56,565 bases of DNA from an uncultured Pseudomonadota bacterium. Its GTDB lineage: Bacteria > Babelota > Babeliae > Babelales > JAUPTZ01. The stretch spans positions 513,776 through 570,340 of the forward strand of contig CAYSBJ010000001.1 of NCBI GenBank assembly GCA_964429275.1. Direction: 5' to 3'. Numbering within the stretch: position 1 is the first letter of the stretch; each line of letters opens with the position of its first letter. The position numbers and the translations under genes were made by a program. Below, in pieces: positions 48,601 through 56,565 of the stretch. The notes below the pieces were generated by a model. The model saw only the letters and a list, made by a program, of their open reading frames with translations. It was not told where the DNA came from and did no database searches.

Positions 48601-50801
48601 ACTTTTTAGAGTTGCTGCTGTTTCAACAAATAAGCGATGAATTTTGTTTGTATGCAGATTCGATAACCATGGTTCAGAAGGCATTTGTAAAAGAGTTTAA
48701 AATGGCAAAGCAGTTGCAGAATGAAGCTGGTGGTGTGGCGAATATAAGCGAGGCAAAAGCGCTACTTTCTCTGTTTGAATCACAAGCCTTTCGTGATGAA
48801 ACAAAGGAAAAATGGAGAATGTTTATACGGACAAACTTTAGCGGACGCATTGTGGAAGGATCGGCACAAGACATTTTTTTGCGTAACCTGCGCCTACTGA
48901 AAGATTTGGACGTAGCACATCTCTGGCTTAATACCTCTTTTGCGACAAACCAAGATCTCGAGTTGCTTAATGCAGAGATTGCTCAGAGTTCAGGCTTTAT
49001 TGGTGAGCTCAAGGAGAAAAAGGAAGAGCTTGAAAGCATTGAAATCAGCGCTTTTGCCGATCCCCGAACTTTTTGGAGTGCATGGGGAAATTTTAAAGTC
49101 GTAGTAGACTATTTCTTGGGGGAACATTTTAGAGTTTTTTTTGCTTCCGAAGGAGGTGTGTTAAGTAAACTTATTGCCGTACACACTATGAGCAAATTGG
49201 TAGATCTTTTCGATCAAGCAATTAAGGCTGTGACCGGCCTCAGTGGTTTTGAGGTGCTTGAGAATAAGGCGAGGGAGGAGGATAGTAGTTTTTTTGATGC
49301 ATCTGGAGTGTCTTTGTTGGACGAAAATGCTGCTAAAGCTCAAATAAGCGAGAAAAAAGACAAGACGTTTGTTTTTTACTTTTTGCTTGTTTATTACAAG
49401 AATCTACTAAAGTCTTGGTATTCCCTTATGAAGTCTCAGGGAATAATTCTTTGCGATTTTTCACAGGATGGTGGTTTCGGTAATTATCCTCTAGATAAGG
49501 TAATTAACGAGTGGTTAGGGTCGTGTTTGAAAAATATTTCCTATGTGCATCCTCTGCGGCAGTTATCTTCTGAGGAATTTGATGTAAATAAGATCATGAT
49601 TGGGCAGCGTGTGAGGTTTGATCCTGACGCTTGGTTTATGCCGAAGACCTACGAAGCATACTTTACTTTTGTGCATCAGGCATTGTTGGTTATCATTGGG
49701 CGATTCATGCTTGATTTATGTCCATTGGAGAGGTTGCCTTTTTTTTATACTAATTTTGATAAGTTGCTTCGTGCGGGAGTAAATCCTGAGGCAGCGTCAG
49801 TTGCAAAAATGATAGGTGTCGCGTGTAGCGGTGCAGGAATTTGTGAAGTGCTTTATGCCATAGTGCTGTTTGCTCATGGAGCTAGGTTGCGGGTTCGGTC
49901 TACAGAGGGTATGCATACCTGCTCTGTAGACTTTAGAATCATTGGGCCGGAGGGCCTTTCTAGGTCCGTTGACCATAATGATCGATGGAAGAAGTCGCTT
50001 GATTATATCCGGTATAAAAAGGAGCAAGTGTTTGGTGGAGAGCGCATGCAATACAGTGCAGATAGGGATGGCATAAATGTACAGTGGCAGGAGTGTGGTT
50101 TCGATAAGGCTAGTGACATTGTTCTTTGTGTCAAAACATTATGTTCCTTGTCATTTGCGCTAATGAGTCACGCATTTCAGTTTTTGGGACAAGCTCCTCT
50201 CGAATTCTTGCGCGAAATTCGCGGTTTTTGCAAAGCAAGTGGGGAAAGTGGTAGTCAATTGCTTTCAATTTTATGGTTTAATATTCGATCTTTTGTGCCG
50301 GATGAGTCCTTTTTTTACTTGTTAGAAGCGGATTTTGCTCTGCTTGATTGGAATTATAGCTTGAGCAAGACTCAGGCGTTTATGGCAAATCTTTGCGCTA
50401 CATCTGAAGGCAAAAATCAGCTACAACGTATAATCTATACTAATGATCTTTCGGAATCATTAGTATTGTGTATGATTAAGAGCATTACTCGTCGACAGGG
50501 AGATATTTGTGACATTATTTTTGATCAAGCGCAGGCTGAAGCCTATTCTGAGAAAATTATGGAATATTATGCAGCAGCGTTAAATTTGTGTAAAAAGCGC
50601 AAGACCTTTGACGCAGACCAAACGTATCTTTTTTTTCTTAGGCGCGCCATGCCTTTACCTGAGCTTAAAACGTCTGTGAATAGATCCATAGAGTCACTTT
50701 TTGAAAAACTTATATTGTGTCTACCGAGCGTCGAAGAGACAGCAAAAAAAATGCGTGACGAAGCTCTTGCTGTAGTTGCAGATTGGGACAAACTTGGTTA
50801 G
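45606..50801 (+). CDS. 1731-aa secreted dikinase-like protein: PPDK/PPS-type ATP-grasp domain, phospho-His domain, unknown C-terminal region
   Basis: GNKAANL, VRSTGRED...NAG, QVMV, GVMYT, YGHNELVV, QDVEF, LVQVRP; TSHEA (His codon 48018-48020); N-terminal signal and hydrophobic helix. Confidence 0.8.
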   Translation: MFWYMAFSFLCVCVSFVECTQEGVAEIVNSDSYQYQACVRSLALHPELQGQFQKIMSWIAEGRKAPQTFEIEAPILVKRLEKELSPKEAASVVAFVQGAYKKAKYRRWRKNALIGTGVVGAGVGVGYGVHRYLKKGDEPRARQASSQVESGNVDINKGAIHAISLGTSSPDTVVKVSARQSSELEKEAKRAKRKKKANGPSKKRRRYDIPQALPIALTEEGSLMGLSSGLTTPPTAVDLSEAEVGQGAVVLPVELIDAPVAAPEVLREAQEGEEIATASAQSSELEKETKRTKRKKKANDPSKKRRRYDIPQVLPIALTEEESLMGLSSGLTTPPVAVGLSEAEVGQGAVVLPVEEHSFKADAESHGNKAANLTKLHEFCKKHSPYIKEKTGYELRVPPFVAISSEAVKGFLRKVVGVDLDLLWSEWVMSADSNQKKLSAAREIRVQLKQKCNENSAAIVELANFEELFGQEGRLVDIFLSDDRTQKNKIMVRSTGREDTATLANAGGNTSVPNVVTSFSEVFGAMKKVIFSYLSEKSLTQRLDAGDDIGAVPFVPVMMQVMVGEDMSVSEKERFIPRCGVMYTEEQEGGCFYAAGKKHFSGITLIQAAYGHNELVVNSLGKVDTFLVDKNYTVRQVIRNKPFRLVPGESKKLVKQRNKDNSAQKPALPQAAVKALKMLAERLDQRALRSRNNDEKAPQDVEFVIAHENDQNILYLVQVRPLVAKRYERVPSYVPAAVVDGATKVFGEVVGVAGGAVRTVHREAEALTATTLYSALNSELPNRGEGAKDQIEAVFVEEVAAETSHEANSMALLKKPVICLGSNYATVLDWLKDSAHDVVFDPQQSCVLLWDKSSGAAPQVPGWCAYPLARFLSVPEVEGEGVAEVIARADNDFKAQKFVGYKELRAQLAVLKNGAPAAMAEAVGAIWGYAQRLEGVIARKFGNEELRPKGGAIRGSYSERLRSLRYYIAQALRQCLSKESAGCAVDDPRYPALRLYPIHFLELLLFQQISDEFCLYADSITMVQKAFVKEFKMAKQLQNEAGGVANISEAKALLSLFESQAFRDETKEKWRMFIRTNFSGRIVEGSAQDIFLRNLRLLKDLDVAHLWLNTSFATNQDLELLNAEIAQSSGFIGELKEKKEELESIEISAFADPRTFWSAWGNFKVVVDYFLGEHFRVFFASEGGVLSKLIAVHTMSKLVDLFDQAIKAVTGLSGFEVLENKAREEDSSFFDASGVSLLDENAAKAQISEKKDKTFVFYFLLVYYKNLLKSWYSLMKSQGIILCDFSQDGGFGNYPLDKVINEWLGSCLKNISYVHPLRQLSSEEFDVNKIMIGQRVRFDPDAWFMPKTYEAYFTFVHQALLVIIGRFMLDLCPLERLPFFYTNFDKLLRAGVNPEAASVAKMIGVACSGAGICEVLYAIVLFAHGARLRVRSTEGMHTCSVDFRIIGPEGLSRSVDHNDRWKKSLDYIRYKKEQVFGGERMQYSADRDGINVQWQECGFDKASDIVLCVKTLCSLSFALMSHAFQFLGQAPLEFLREIRGFCKASGESGSQLLSILWFNIRSFVPDESFFYLLEADFALLDWNYSLSKTQAFMANLCATSEGKNQLQRIIYTNDLSESLVLCMIKSITRRQGDICDIIFDQAQAEAYSEKIMEYYAAALNLCKKRKTFDADQTYLFFLRRAMPLPELKTSVNRSIESLFEKLILCLPSVEETAKKMRDEALAVVADWDKLG
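46142..46670 (+). repeat. 226-bp near-identical in-frame direct repeat (46142-46367 and 46445-46670; period 303 bp)
   Basis: 10 mismatches by manual comparison; each copy encodes KR(A/T)KRKKKAN(G/D)PSKKRRRY. Confidence 0.97.
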
Positions 50802-50821
50802 ATCCATGCCTTGAACTGCTT

Positions 50822-52084
50822 TTACTCAGCTACTATTTCAATTGAGCTCAACGGATCCAAGATACTCGTGTCAAACTGCTCCTGGCTTCCCAGAAGCTTT
50901 CGATACAGACCCACATGCCTGATATTGCCAATCATCAAGAAGGCGCGCAAGATGTCATCTTCTACGATAAATGAATGGTGCCAATTGTCTCCCATGTAAG
51001 TGATGGGCTGCACAGTACGGTATTGGTTGAAATTACCGCTGGAAACGACTTGGGTACCATAGAAATGCGAACTCATAACGCTGATAAGGCCGGGATAATC
51101 AATCGGCTGGCCTGCCATCGCGTGGGCGGCTACCATGCCTTGCTGCATGGCATCTGGCCAGGTCGTGCTGCGGGCATATTTAAATTTGATGTATTTGTTT
51201 GCACGCTCGAGTCGATGGGTAGTTGGCACTGCTGCTGCATCACCGCCACAATAAATGTTGGTATTGAAATCGGTAAGCATTTGGCTGTTTACCATGATGC
51301 CATCGTGGATCATTGAGCTGCCGATCTGTGATGCGAGTTCAAAATTGCTTTTGGTGCCGATGGCAACAATGACCATGTCAGCATAGAGTTCGATATCATC
51401 CTTCAAGAGGACCCCAGCAGCTTTGCCAGAGAATGGCTCTATCAGGACTGTTGTAACGCGGGTATTGCCATAAAAGGTGGTGCCCGCTTCGTTCATTTTA
51501 TTTTCAAGAATTTCACCGGCCGGCGCATCAAGAAGGGTAGTCAGTGGGTACTCGCCTGGATCAAGAATAGTTACCCGTACTCCGCGCTCAGTCAGAGCAT
51601 CGGCACATTCGACGCCGCTCAGTCCTGCACCTACCACAATTGCCGTTAATGGCCGATGCGTCTGCAGGAATTGCTCTATGGCAAGGACGTCGTGCAGTGA
51701 GTTAAAGTAGAAAAGGCCAGTCTTTGGCGTAAAATCACTCGTTAGTTTGCGTGGCAGCTGTCCGATGCCGACAAAAAGATTGTCGTAGGGGTACCAATTA
51801 CCGTTTGTGTCTTGAATGCGATTGTTTTTCTTATCGATACGGCTAACCCAGGTGCCGAGCTTGAGGTTGATGTTGTTGCGAGTGAAGAAACTTTCTGGCT
51901 TGGTGTAAAGGCCGGTTGGTGCTATGCCAGTACTGAGGAAATTGGCAAGCAAGCAGGTGTTGAACGGCATTTCAGTCTGTGCGGCGACGCAGAGGATTTC
52001 ATCATCCGGCGCGAGTTTGCGTAATTTTGAAAGAACGCCCATGCCGGCGGCTGAGGCACCAATAATAATGTGCTTTTTTTTCAT
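50822..52084 (-). CDS. FAD-dependent pyridine nucleotide-disulfide oxidoreductase (rubredoxin reductase/NirB N-terminal-like)
   Basis: IIIGASAAG, VVGAGLSGVECA, ADMVIVAIG, IYCGGD, WPDAMQQG. Confidence 0.88.
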   Translation of the reverse strand: MKKKHIIIGASAAGMGVLSKLRKLAPDDEILCVAAQTEMPFNTCLLANFLSTGIAPTGLYTKPESFFTRNNINLKLGTWVSRIDKKNNRIQDTNGNWYPYDNLFVGIGQLPRKLTSDFTPKTGLFYFNSLHDVLAIEQFLQTHRPLTAIVVGAGLSGVECADALTERGVRVTILDPGEYPLTTLLDAPAGEILENKMNEAGTTFYGNTRVTTVLIEPFSGKAAGVLLKDDIELYADMVIVAIGTKSNFELASQIGSSMIHDGIMVNSQMLTDFNTNIYCGGDAAAVPTTHRLERANKYIKFKYARSTTWPDAMQQGMVAAHAMAGQPIDYPGLISVMSSHFYGTQVVSSGNFNQYRTVQPITYMGDNWHHSFIVEDDILRAFLMIGNIRHVGLYRKLLGSQEQFDTSILDPLSSIEIVAE

Positions 52085-52276
52085 CTGCGAGCTCCACTGC
52101 TTTAGGTTTTTTTCTGTTTTTTCATCAGTATAAGATTTTTTGTATGATTTGCCGAGTTTTTATGGAGGTAGAGGGAAAGTGTCGTTGAAGTCGGTGTTTC
52201 TCGTGTGAAAAGTGTAAATTATGTAGTAGCATCGAAGACAGTTGTTATAATTGAATGAGACTTAATGGAAGGGTGT

Positions 52277-53185
52277 ATGCGGTACAGTATTATTTTTGCG
52301 GTCGTGGCAGTGAGTTTTTTTCAGAGCGACGCGACTGCCGTTGTGAGCGACTATGAGAGATTGAATGCACCTCCAGAAGAGCAAAGGGCACCAGTTGTCC
52401 TGCCGGCGTTGACTGATGAGTCGTATATTGTATCGTCAGAGCTGGATAGATTGGAGGGCTGGAAGCGGCTTCCGAGAGTAAAGTATGGTCGTGTCCTGAG
52501 AGATGTTGTTTTTCGCGAGAAGGGGGTCGCGCGTTACAATATTTTAGGCAATCTTGGGCGGGGTGAGACCCGCATAGGCCCAAATTATTCTCAGAATGAT
52601 CTTGCAGCGAGCGCCGGTGAATGGAGGGGGACGCAGCGTCTTGATATGCAAGGTAATGATGGTATTACGGACATTTCTGCGATTGCTGGCGCAAGTGCAC
52701 GGTCGCTGAAGGCGCTGTGGCTGAGCCGTAATAATTTAACTCAGCTCCCGGAAGGAATTGAGCGGATGACTGGTTTAGAAAAGCTGTGTCTTGATACCAA
52801 TCAGCTTACTTCTATTCAGCGATTATCGACACTCCGAAGATTGAAAGAAAAACTTTGTTTGCGTGATAATCGGTTGACTAATCTTTCCGTATTGGCGCAG
52901 ATGCCCGCTTTACGAGCGGTGGATGCAGGCCAAAATCACTTTAGAAGGTTTGAGGCTTCTTGGATTGCGCAAGGTGGCAACCTTATTCGCATAGACGTGG
53001 ATGCTGAAGTAGAGTTGCCGGTTGCTTGGTGTCGACGACGGTTTTTGCCCGCTAATGATAAACGGCCGTTGATCGTCAAATCTGGTGATAACATCTTTGT
53101 TTCAAATCCGCATGAGAAGCCGCTTGATTTTGAATGGATTCCTGTTCAATACAGAGGGCGGAATGGGCAGCTTGTTGCATGTTAG
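52277..53185 (+). CDS. Secreted leucine-rich-repeat protein
   Basis: MRYSIIFAVVAVSFFQSDATA signal; LxxLxLxxNxL repeats (LKALWLSRNNL, LEKLCLDTNQL, KLCLRDNRL). Confidence 0.85.
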   Translation: MRYSIIFAVVAVSFFQSDATAVVSDYERLNAPPEEQRAPVVLPALTDESYIVSSELDRLEGWKRLPRVKYGRVLRDVVFREKGVARYNILGNLGRGETRIGPNYSQNDLAASAGEWRGTQRLDMQGNDGITDISAIAGASARSLKALWLSRNNLTQLPEGIERMTGLEKLCLDTNQLTSIQRLSTLRRLKEKLCLRDNRLTNLSVLAQMPALRAVDAGQNHFRRFEASWIAQGGNLIRIDVDAEVELPVAWCRRRFLPANDKRPLIVKSGDNIFVSNPHEKPLDFEWIPVQYRGRNGQLVAC

Positions 53186-53500
53186 GCATATGTGTATTTT
53201 GAAGCAAAAAACAGTTATAGCTAACGCAGTTCAAAATATTGATTTTATAGGTGTGCTATTGGCACGTCGTCAACTCTCGCCATGACAGCTAACGCTGTCT
53301 GCTTATTTTGGACTCATTTGCCTATAGACTCATATTTTTTCTATCGAAGGCTGTCTTTCAGGGATTGAAGTATGCTGGCAGAACTCATAGTGAATATTCG
53401 TGGGAAGAGCTGAACTGTTAGCTTTTATATCTTTATTGCGCTTATATGCTTTCTTCTATTAAGGTGTCCTGCATCTAAAATTAGTCAAGAAAGGGTTGAT

Positions 53501-54388
53501 ATGTGGCGTTTTGAACATGTGGTAGTAGTGCCGGCGTCAAAGCAAGTGGTATGGCAATGGTGGACTGATGTGGAAAAGTGGCCGCAATGGGACACTGACC
53601 TTATTGAGTCCGCGCTCCTTGGTGAGTTTGCCGTTGGTACGCAGGGCCGCATGAAAGTGGCAGATGATGCATTGGTTTCCTTTACTATTTCTGAAGTGAT
53701 ACCAGAAGAGCGTTTTGTCGCGCACATTGCTCTTTTTGGCGCTACTCTTTCATATACTTATGCGATGGCAAGCGAAGAAGATGGGTCACTTAAAATTACC
53801 CATGGCGCAGAGCTTTCCGGGCTTTTTAGTTTTGTATGGCGAATGTTGTTGAAGTCAAAAATTCAAAAAACATTAACGTTGGCGCTTGATGAGTTTGCAC
53901 GACAAGTGACGACAGAGACGGCTCGCGTTGCGGCGCTGGCGCCCCAAACACCCTCGACCGTCGCTGAGACTCTTGCTGAAGGTAGTGAGGTGCTTGCTGA
54001 GGGTCAAGAAGCTGCGCCGGCGGCGGAGCTAAAAGTACAAGAATCAAAAATAGACTCTCCAGTGGCTGGCATCGACGCTTCAGCCAATGCGTCGGACGGT
54101 GTTGCAAAGGAAGGCCTGCCCACCGAAGCCTTGGCGACGGTGGGTGATCCCATTGAAAATGAGTTGCGAGCAAAGGACATTCATACGCAGATTGAAGTGG
54201 CAGCACAAGCTCCAATTTCGGCAACGATGGCTGAGAATTTGGAAAAACCGGTACCAGTAGCCGAGGAGCCCGCCCCTGCTGTCGCGAGTAGTAGCGAATC
54301 AACATTTGAAGCTGGGCATACAGCCGTGATACCGGTTTCTCCGGTAGTTACTAAAAAAGAAACAAAGCGTCCTAAAAAGGATTCCTAG
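53501..54388 (+). CDS. SRPBCC/polyketide-cyclase-like domain with an Ala/Glu/Pro-rich disordered tail
   Basis: VWQWWTDVEKWPQWD, GEFAVGTQG; low-complexity C-terminal half. Confidence 0.8.
   Translation: MWRFEHVVVVPASKQVVWQWWTDVEKWPQWDTDLIESALLGEFAVGTQGRMKVADDALVSFTISEVIPEERFVAHIALFGATLSYTYAMASEEDGSLKITHGAELSGLFSFVWRMLLKSKIQKTLTLALDEFARQVTTETARVAALAPQTPSTVAETLAEGSEVLAEGQEAAPAAELKVQESKIDSPVAGIDASANASDGVAKEGLPTEALATVGDPIENELRAKDIHTQIEVAAQAPISATMAENLEKPVPVAEEPAPAVASSSESTFEAGHTAVIPVSPVVTKKETKRPKKDS
54115..54144. repeat. Short GC-rich palindrome embedded in frame (encodes LPTEALATVG)
   Basis: cccaccg-aa-gcc-tt-ggc-ga-cggtggg hairpin. Confidence 0.55.
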
Positions 54389-56295
54389 TTTGCGTTGAGG
54401 TGCGTCTTGATGAATTCAAGAATGGTACTCCATTGGTGAAGAAGGTTATTTTCGCGAAATACCCAGTGCCCCTCATCTTCAAAAAAGAGGATTTTGTTGT
54501 GTTCTGATTGATGCATTATCTTTAGGTAGCGTGTTACGTGCTCTGGAACACAGCGTGGATCGCTTTGACCGTAGGTAATGAGCGTTGGGATTTTTACGGT
54601 ATGGCCATGCGTAATCGGTGATTGTGCAAGAAGCAGCTCTGCGTCGGCATCGGCATGGCCAATGCGATAGTTGTACACATCGCTGGCCATCGCCCAGTGA
54701 CGGGCAAAGGTTTTGAGGAATAAGGAGAGATCTGTGGGTGGTACAAACGCAACGATTCCCTTCAGCAAATCTTGGTACTTCCAGCCGACAGACAGGGCAG
54801 AAAATCCACCATACGAACGGCCAGTGTATAGTACTCGATGTGCGTCTATTGGGTAGTTTTTGATGACGTCTTTCATGAAATAGATGACGTCATCGACCAT
54901 TACGCCGCCAAGCTCTTTGATGCTAATGGTGCAGAACTTTTTCCCATAGCCGGTTGAGCCACGGTAATTCACCTGCAGGCAGGCAAAGCCATTAGAGGCA
55001 AGCATCTGGATTTCTGAAGAAAAACCGTAGAGGTCTCGGCTCCAGGGGCCGCCGTGAATTTTGAGAACGAGCGGCACCTTGCCGGTGATCTTGGTGGGTA
55101 GGGTGAGGTATCCGTGCAAGGTGATGCCGTCATTGGTAACCGTTTTAATAGGAATGGTAGTTGCACACTCATAGTTGAGTATTTCTGGTCGTGTGCAGCC
55201 AAGTGGCGTTAAGAGGGCTGTTTGGCGGTCATAGCACCAAAACTCTGTGGGATTGGTGCTGGAGTTGCGTCCAATGATGATAACGTGCTGAGTGCGATAC
55301 TCAATCCAGCTTTCCCATTCCGGTGCCGTGAGTATTTTGTGAAGAGCAGTTGGCAGAAGAGTGGGGTCTTGGGTAAAGAAATGCCACGTGGTGCGTGCGC
55401 GCATGTATGAAAAACCAACAAGTGAGCCGTCGCTTCCCCACATGGTGGTGGTTGCTGGCATTGTTTTTTCAAGCACGTCGCTGAGCGATGTTTCATGGTA
55501 AATGTCATATTCTGGATCGTTAAAAAGTACTTCAATTACTCCGGTGCTGACGGTGAGTCGCTGCAGCGTGTTTGTGTCGCTGTTGCGCGTGTCGACAAAA
55601 TAGAGATAACGACCACAGGGAGAAAAAGAAAGGACGCGACTCATAAAGGCATCGTTAGCGTCCCAATGGAGCTGAGTGGTCCAGGCATCATGAATAGTAG
55701 CACGAGTTAAGATGTTGAAGCCGGCGCCGGCGGTGGTGACGCGGCAAGCGCGTACCATGAGGTTGTGATCGACGTACCAGCGAAACACGTTGCCGGGGTT
55801 TTCTTCTAAGACGGTCCAAGTGCCCGTGGTTACACAATATTGCACTACGTCATATTGCTCCACGATGCGACGATTTACTTGGTATACAATTTTGTCCGGA
55901 TGCGCGGCTGAAAGAGCGTAATTGGGGAGGATGCGGGCGCCATCAAACGGGGAAGCGTCGGTAATTATGCCGGTGTCAATATCGCAGAGGTAGAGGTGGC
56001 CGACTTCATCGCCGTTGGTGTCGCGAATAAATGCTACATGTTTACTGGTGTGGAGCCATTGATAATTAGTGATGGGACGACTATATGAGGGGAACAGAGG
56101 CCGTGCCGGTTCTGGGCTGCCGTCGATGCGTTCGATCCAAATAGTTGGGGCGCCGCCGTTGGCAGTTGGTGCTATATAAGTGTAATAGGTGCCGCAGGGA
56201 GAATATTTGGGAGAATTGAATGGTGCATATCCAAATAATGGTTTGATTGGGATTGCGGTACTCTGTTGTTTCTTTTCAATCGGCTGTGTTTGCAT
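54385..56295 (-). CDS. S9-family (acylaminoacyl/dipeptidyl) peptidase
   Basis: N-terminal propeller-like region; IHGGPW, VNYRGSTGYG, GRSYGG nucleophile, DPRC, EGH; ATG 56295 preferred. Confidence 0.93.
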   Translation of the reverse strand: MQTQPIEKKQQSTAIPIKPLFGYAPFNSPKYSPCGTYYTYIAPTANGGAPTIWIERIDGSPEPARPLFPSYSRPITNYQWLHTSKHVAFIRDTNGDEVGHLYLCDIDTGIITDASPFDGARILPNYALSAAHPDKIVYQVNRRIVEQYDVVQYCVTTGTWTVLEENPGNVFRWYVDHNLMVRACRVTTAGAGFNILTRATIHDAWTTQLHWDANDAFMSRVLSFSPCGRYLYFVDTRNSDTNTLQRLTVSTGVIEVLFNDPEYDIYHETSLSDVLEKTMPATTTMWGSDGSLVGFSYMRARTTWHFFTQDPTLLPTALHKILTAPEWESWIEYRTQHVIIIGRNSSTNPTEFWCYDRQTALLTPLGCTRPEILNYECATTIPIKTVTNDGITLHGYLTLPTKITGKVPLVLKIHGGPWSRDLYGFSSEIQMLASNGFACLQVNYRGSTGYGKKFCTISIKELGGVMVDDVIYFMKDVIKNYPIDAHRVLYTGRSYGGFSALSVGWKYQDLLKGIVAFVPPTDLSLFLKTFARHWAMASDVYNYRIGHADADAELLLAQSPITHGHTVKIPTLITYGQSDPRCVPEHVTRYLKIMHQSEHNKILFFEDEGHWVFRENNLLHQWSTILEFIKTHLNAN

Positions 56296-56404
56296 GAAAG
56301 TCCTCTCAAAATGAAGGTAGAAAGCTGAGTTCTCACTACTTAGCTCCGGGCACCAGTATGCGCCGGATTTGGAAAAAATCAACCGGCTGACGGCTGGTTG
56401 AAGG

Positions 56405-56475
56405 GAAAAAGAAGTGTTTTTTTAAAAAAGATGTAAAAATATGCTTGCAATTTTATGCCCAGCTGGTATCATACT
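56405..56475 (+). promoter_or_regulatory. Strong sigma70-type promoter, probably rrn
   Basis: A/T-tract UP-like region, TTGCAA (56445-56450), 16-bp spacer, TGnTATCAT (-10 at 56467-56472). Confidence 0.65.
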
Positions 56476-56480
56476 CCCCA

Positions 56481-56565
56481 CTTGTTGCTGCGGAAACGTG
56501 GTGGCGAGTTCAAGTCTTTGACATATCAAGCAGAAATGCGAGAAATTCAGTTAATTTTTTTAGAG
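56481..56565 (+). promoter_or_regulatory. Probable rRNA operon leader (boxB-like hairpin and boxA) running toward the 16S 5' end
   Basis: Hairpin with GAAA loop at 56481-56508, GTCTTTGACA at 56514-56523; window ends TTTTTTAGAG. Confidence 0.55.

Noticed and set aside
53186..53500. Possible decayed gene between the LRR and SRPBCC genes
   Set aside because: The frames I translated are short and unrecognisable
1..56565. CRISPR arrays, tRNAs, transposases or integrases
   Set aside because: No regularly spaced repeats, cloverleaf signatures or DDE/tyrosine-recombinase motifs seen by eye

Overview
Bacterial genomic window. The ribosomal protein signatures and the many Sec-signal-bearing, eukaryote-like effector genes suggest a protist-associated Dependentiae (TM6/Babeliae) organism; this is an inference, not a database result. 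Bases 1-16.1 kb hold the 3' part of tuf and an S10-spc-alpha ribosomal superoperon that lacks rpmD; rpmJ is present but was missed by the ORF track. The accessory region holds: a NifU-like gene; a secreted multi-zinc-finger protein with a C-terminal OTU deubiquitinase-like domain; an orphaned DUF58 gene pair; an AbiE toxin-antitoxin pair with a broken antitoxin; an OPT-like transporter; serS; and a ygaP-like remnant. A 15-kb cluster at 25.2-40.4 kb encodes five signal-peptide-bearing beta-solenoid-like paralogues, several sharing a conserved C-terminal domain, plus two paralogous outer-membrane beta-barrel-like proteins. This is the best candidate for an undescribed surface-display or secretion system. 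Further on are a GyrI-like gene, a frameshifted secreted ankyrin gene, an ABC-2 exporter, a secreted HAD hydrolase, a 1731-aa secreted dikinase-like protein with duplicated NLS-like segments, an FAD oxidoreductase, a secreted LRR protein, an SRPBCC protein, an S9 peptidase, and a probable rRNA operon promoter/leader at the right edge.
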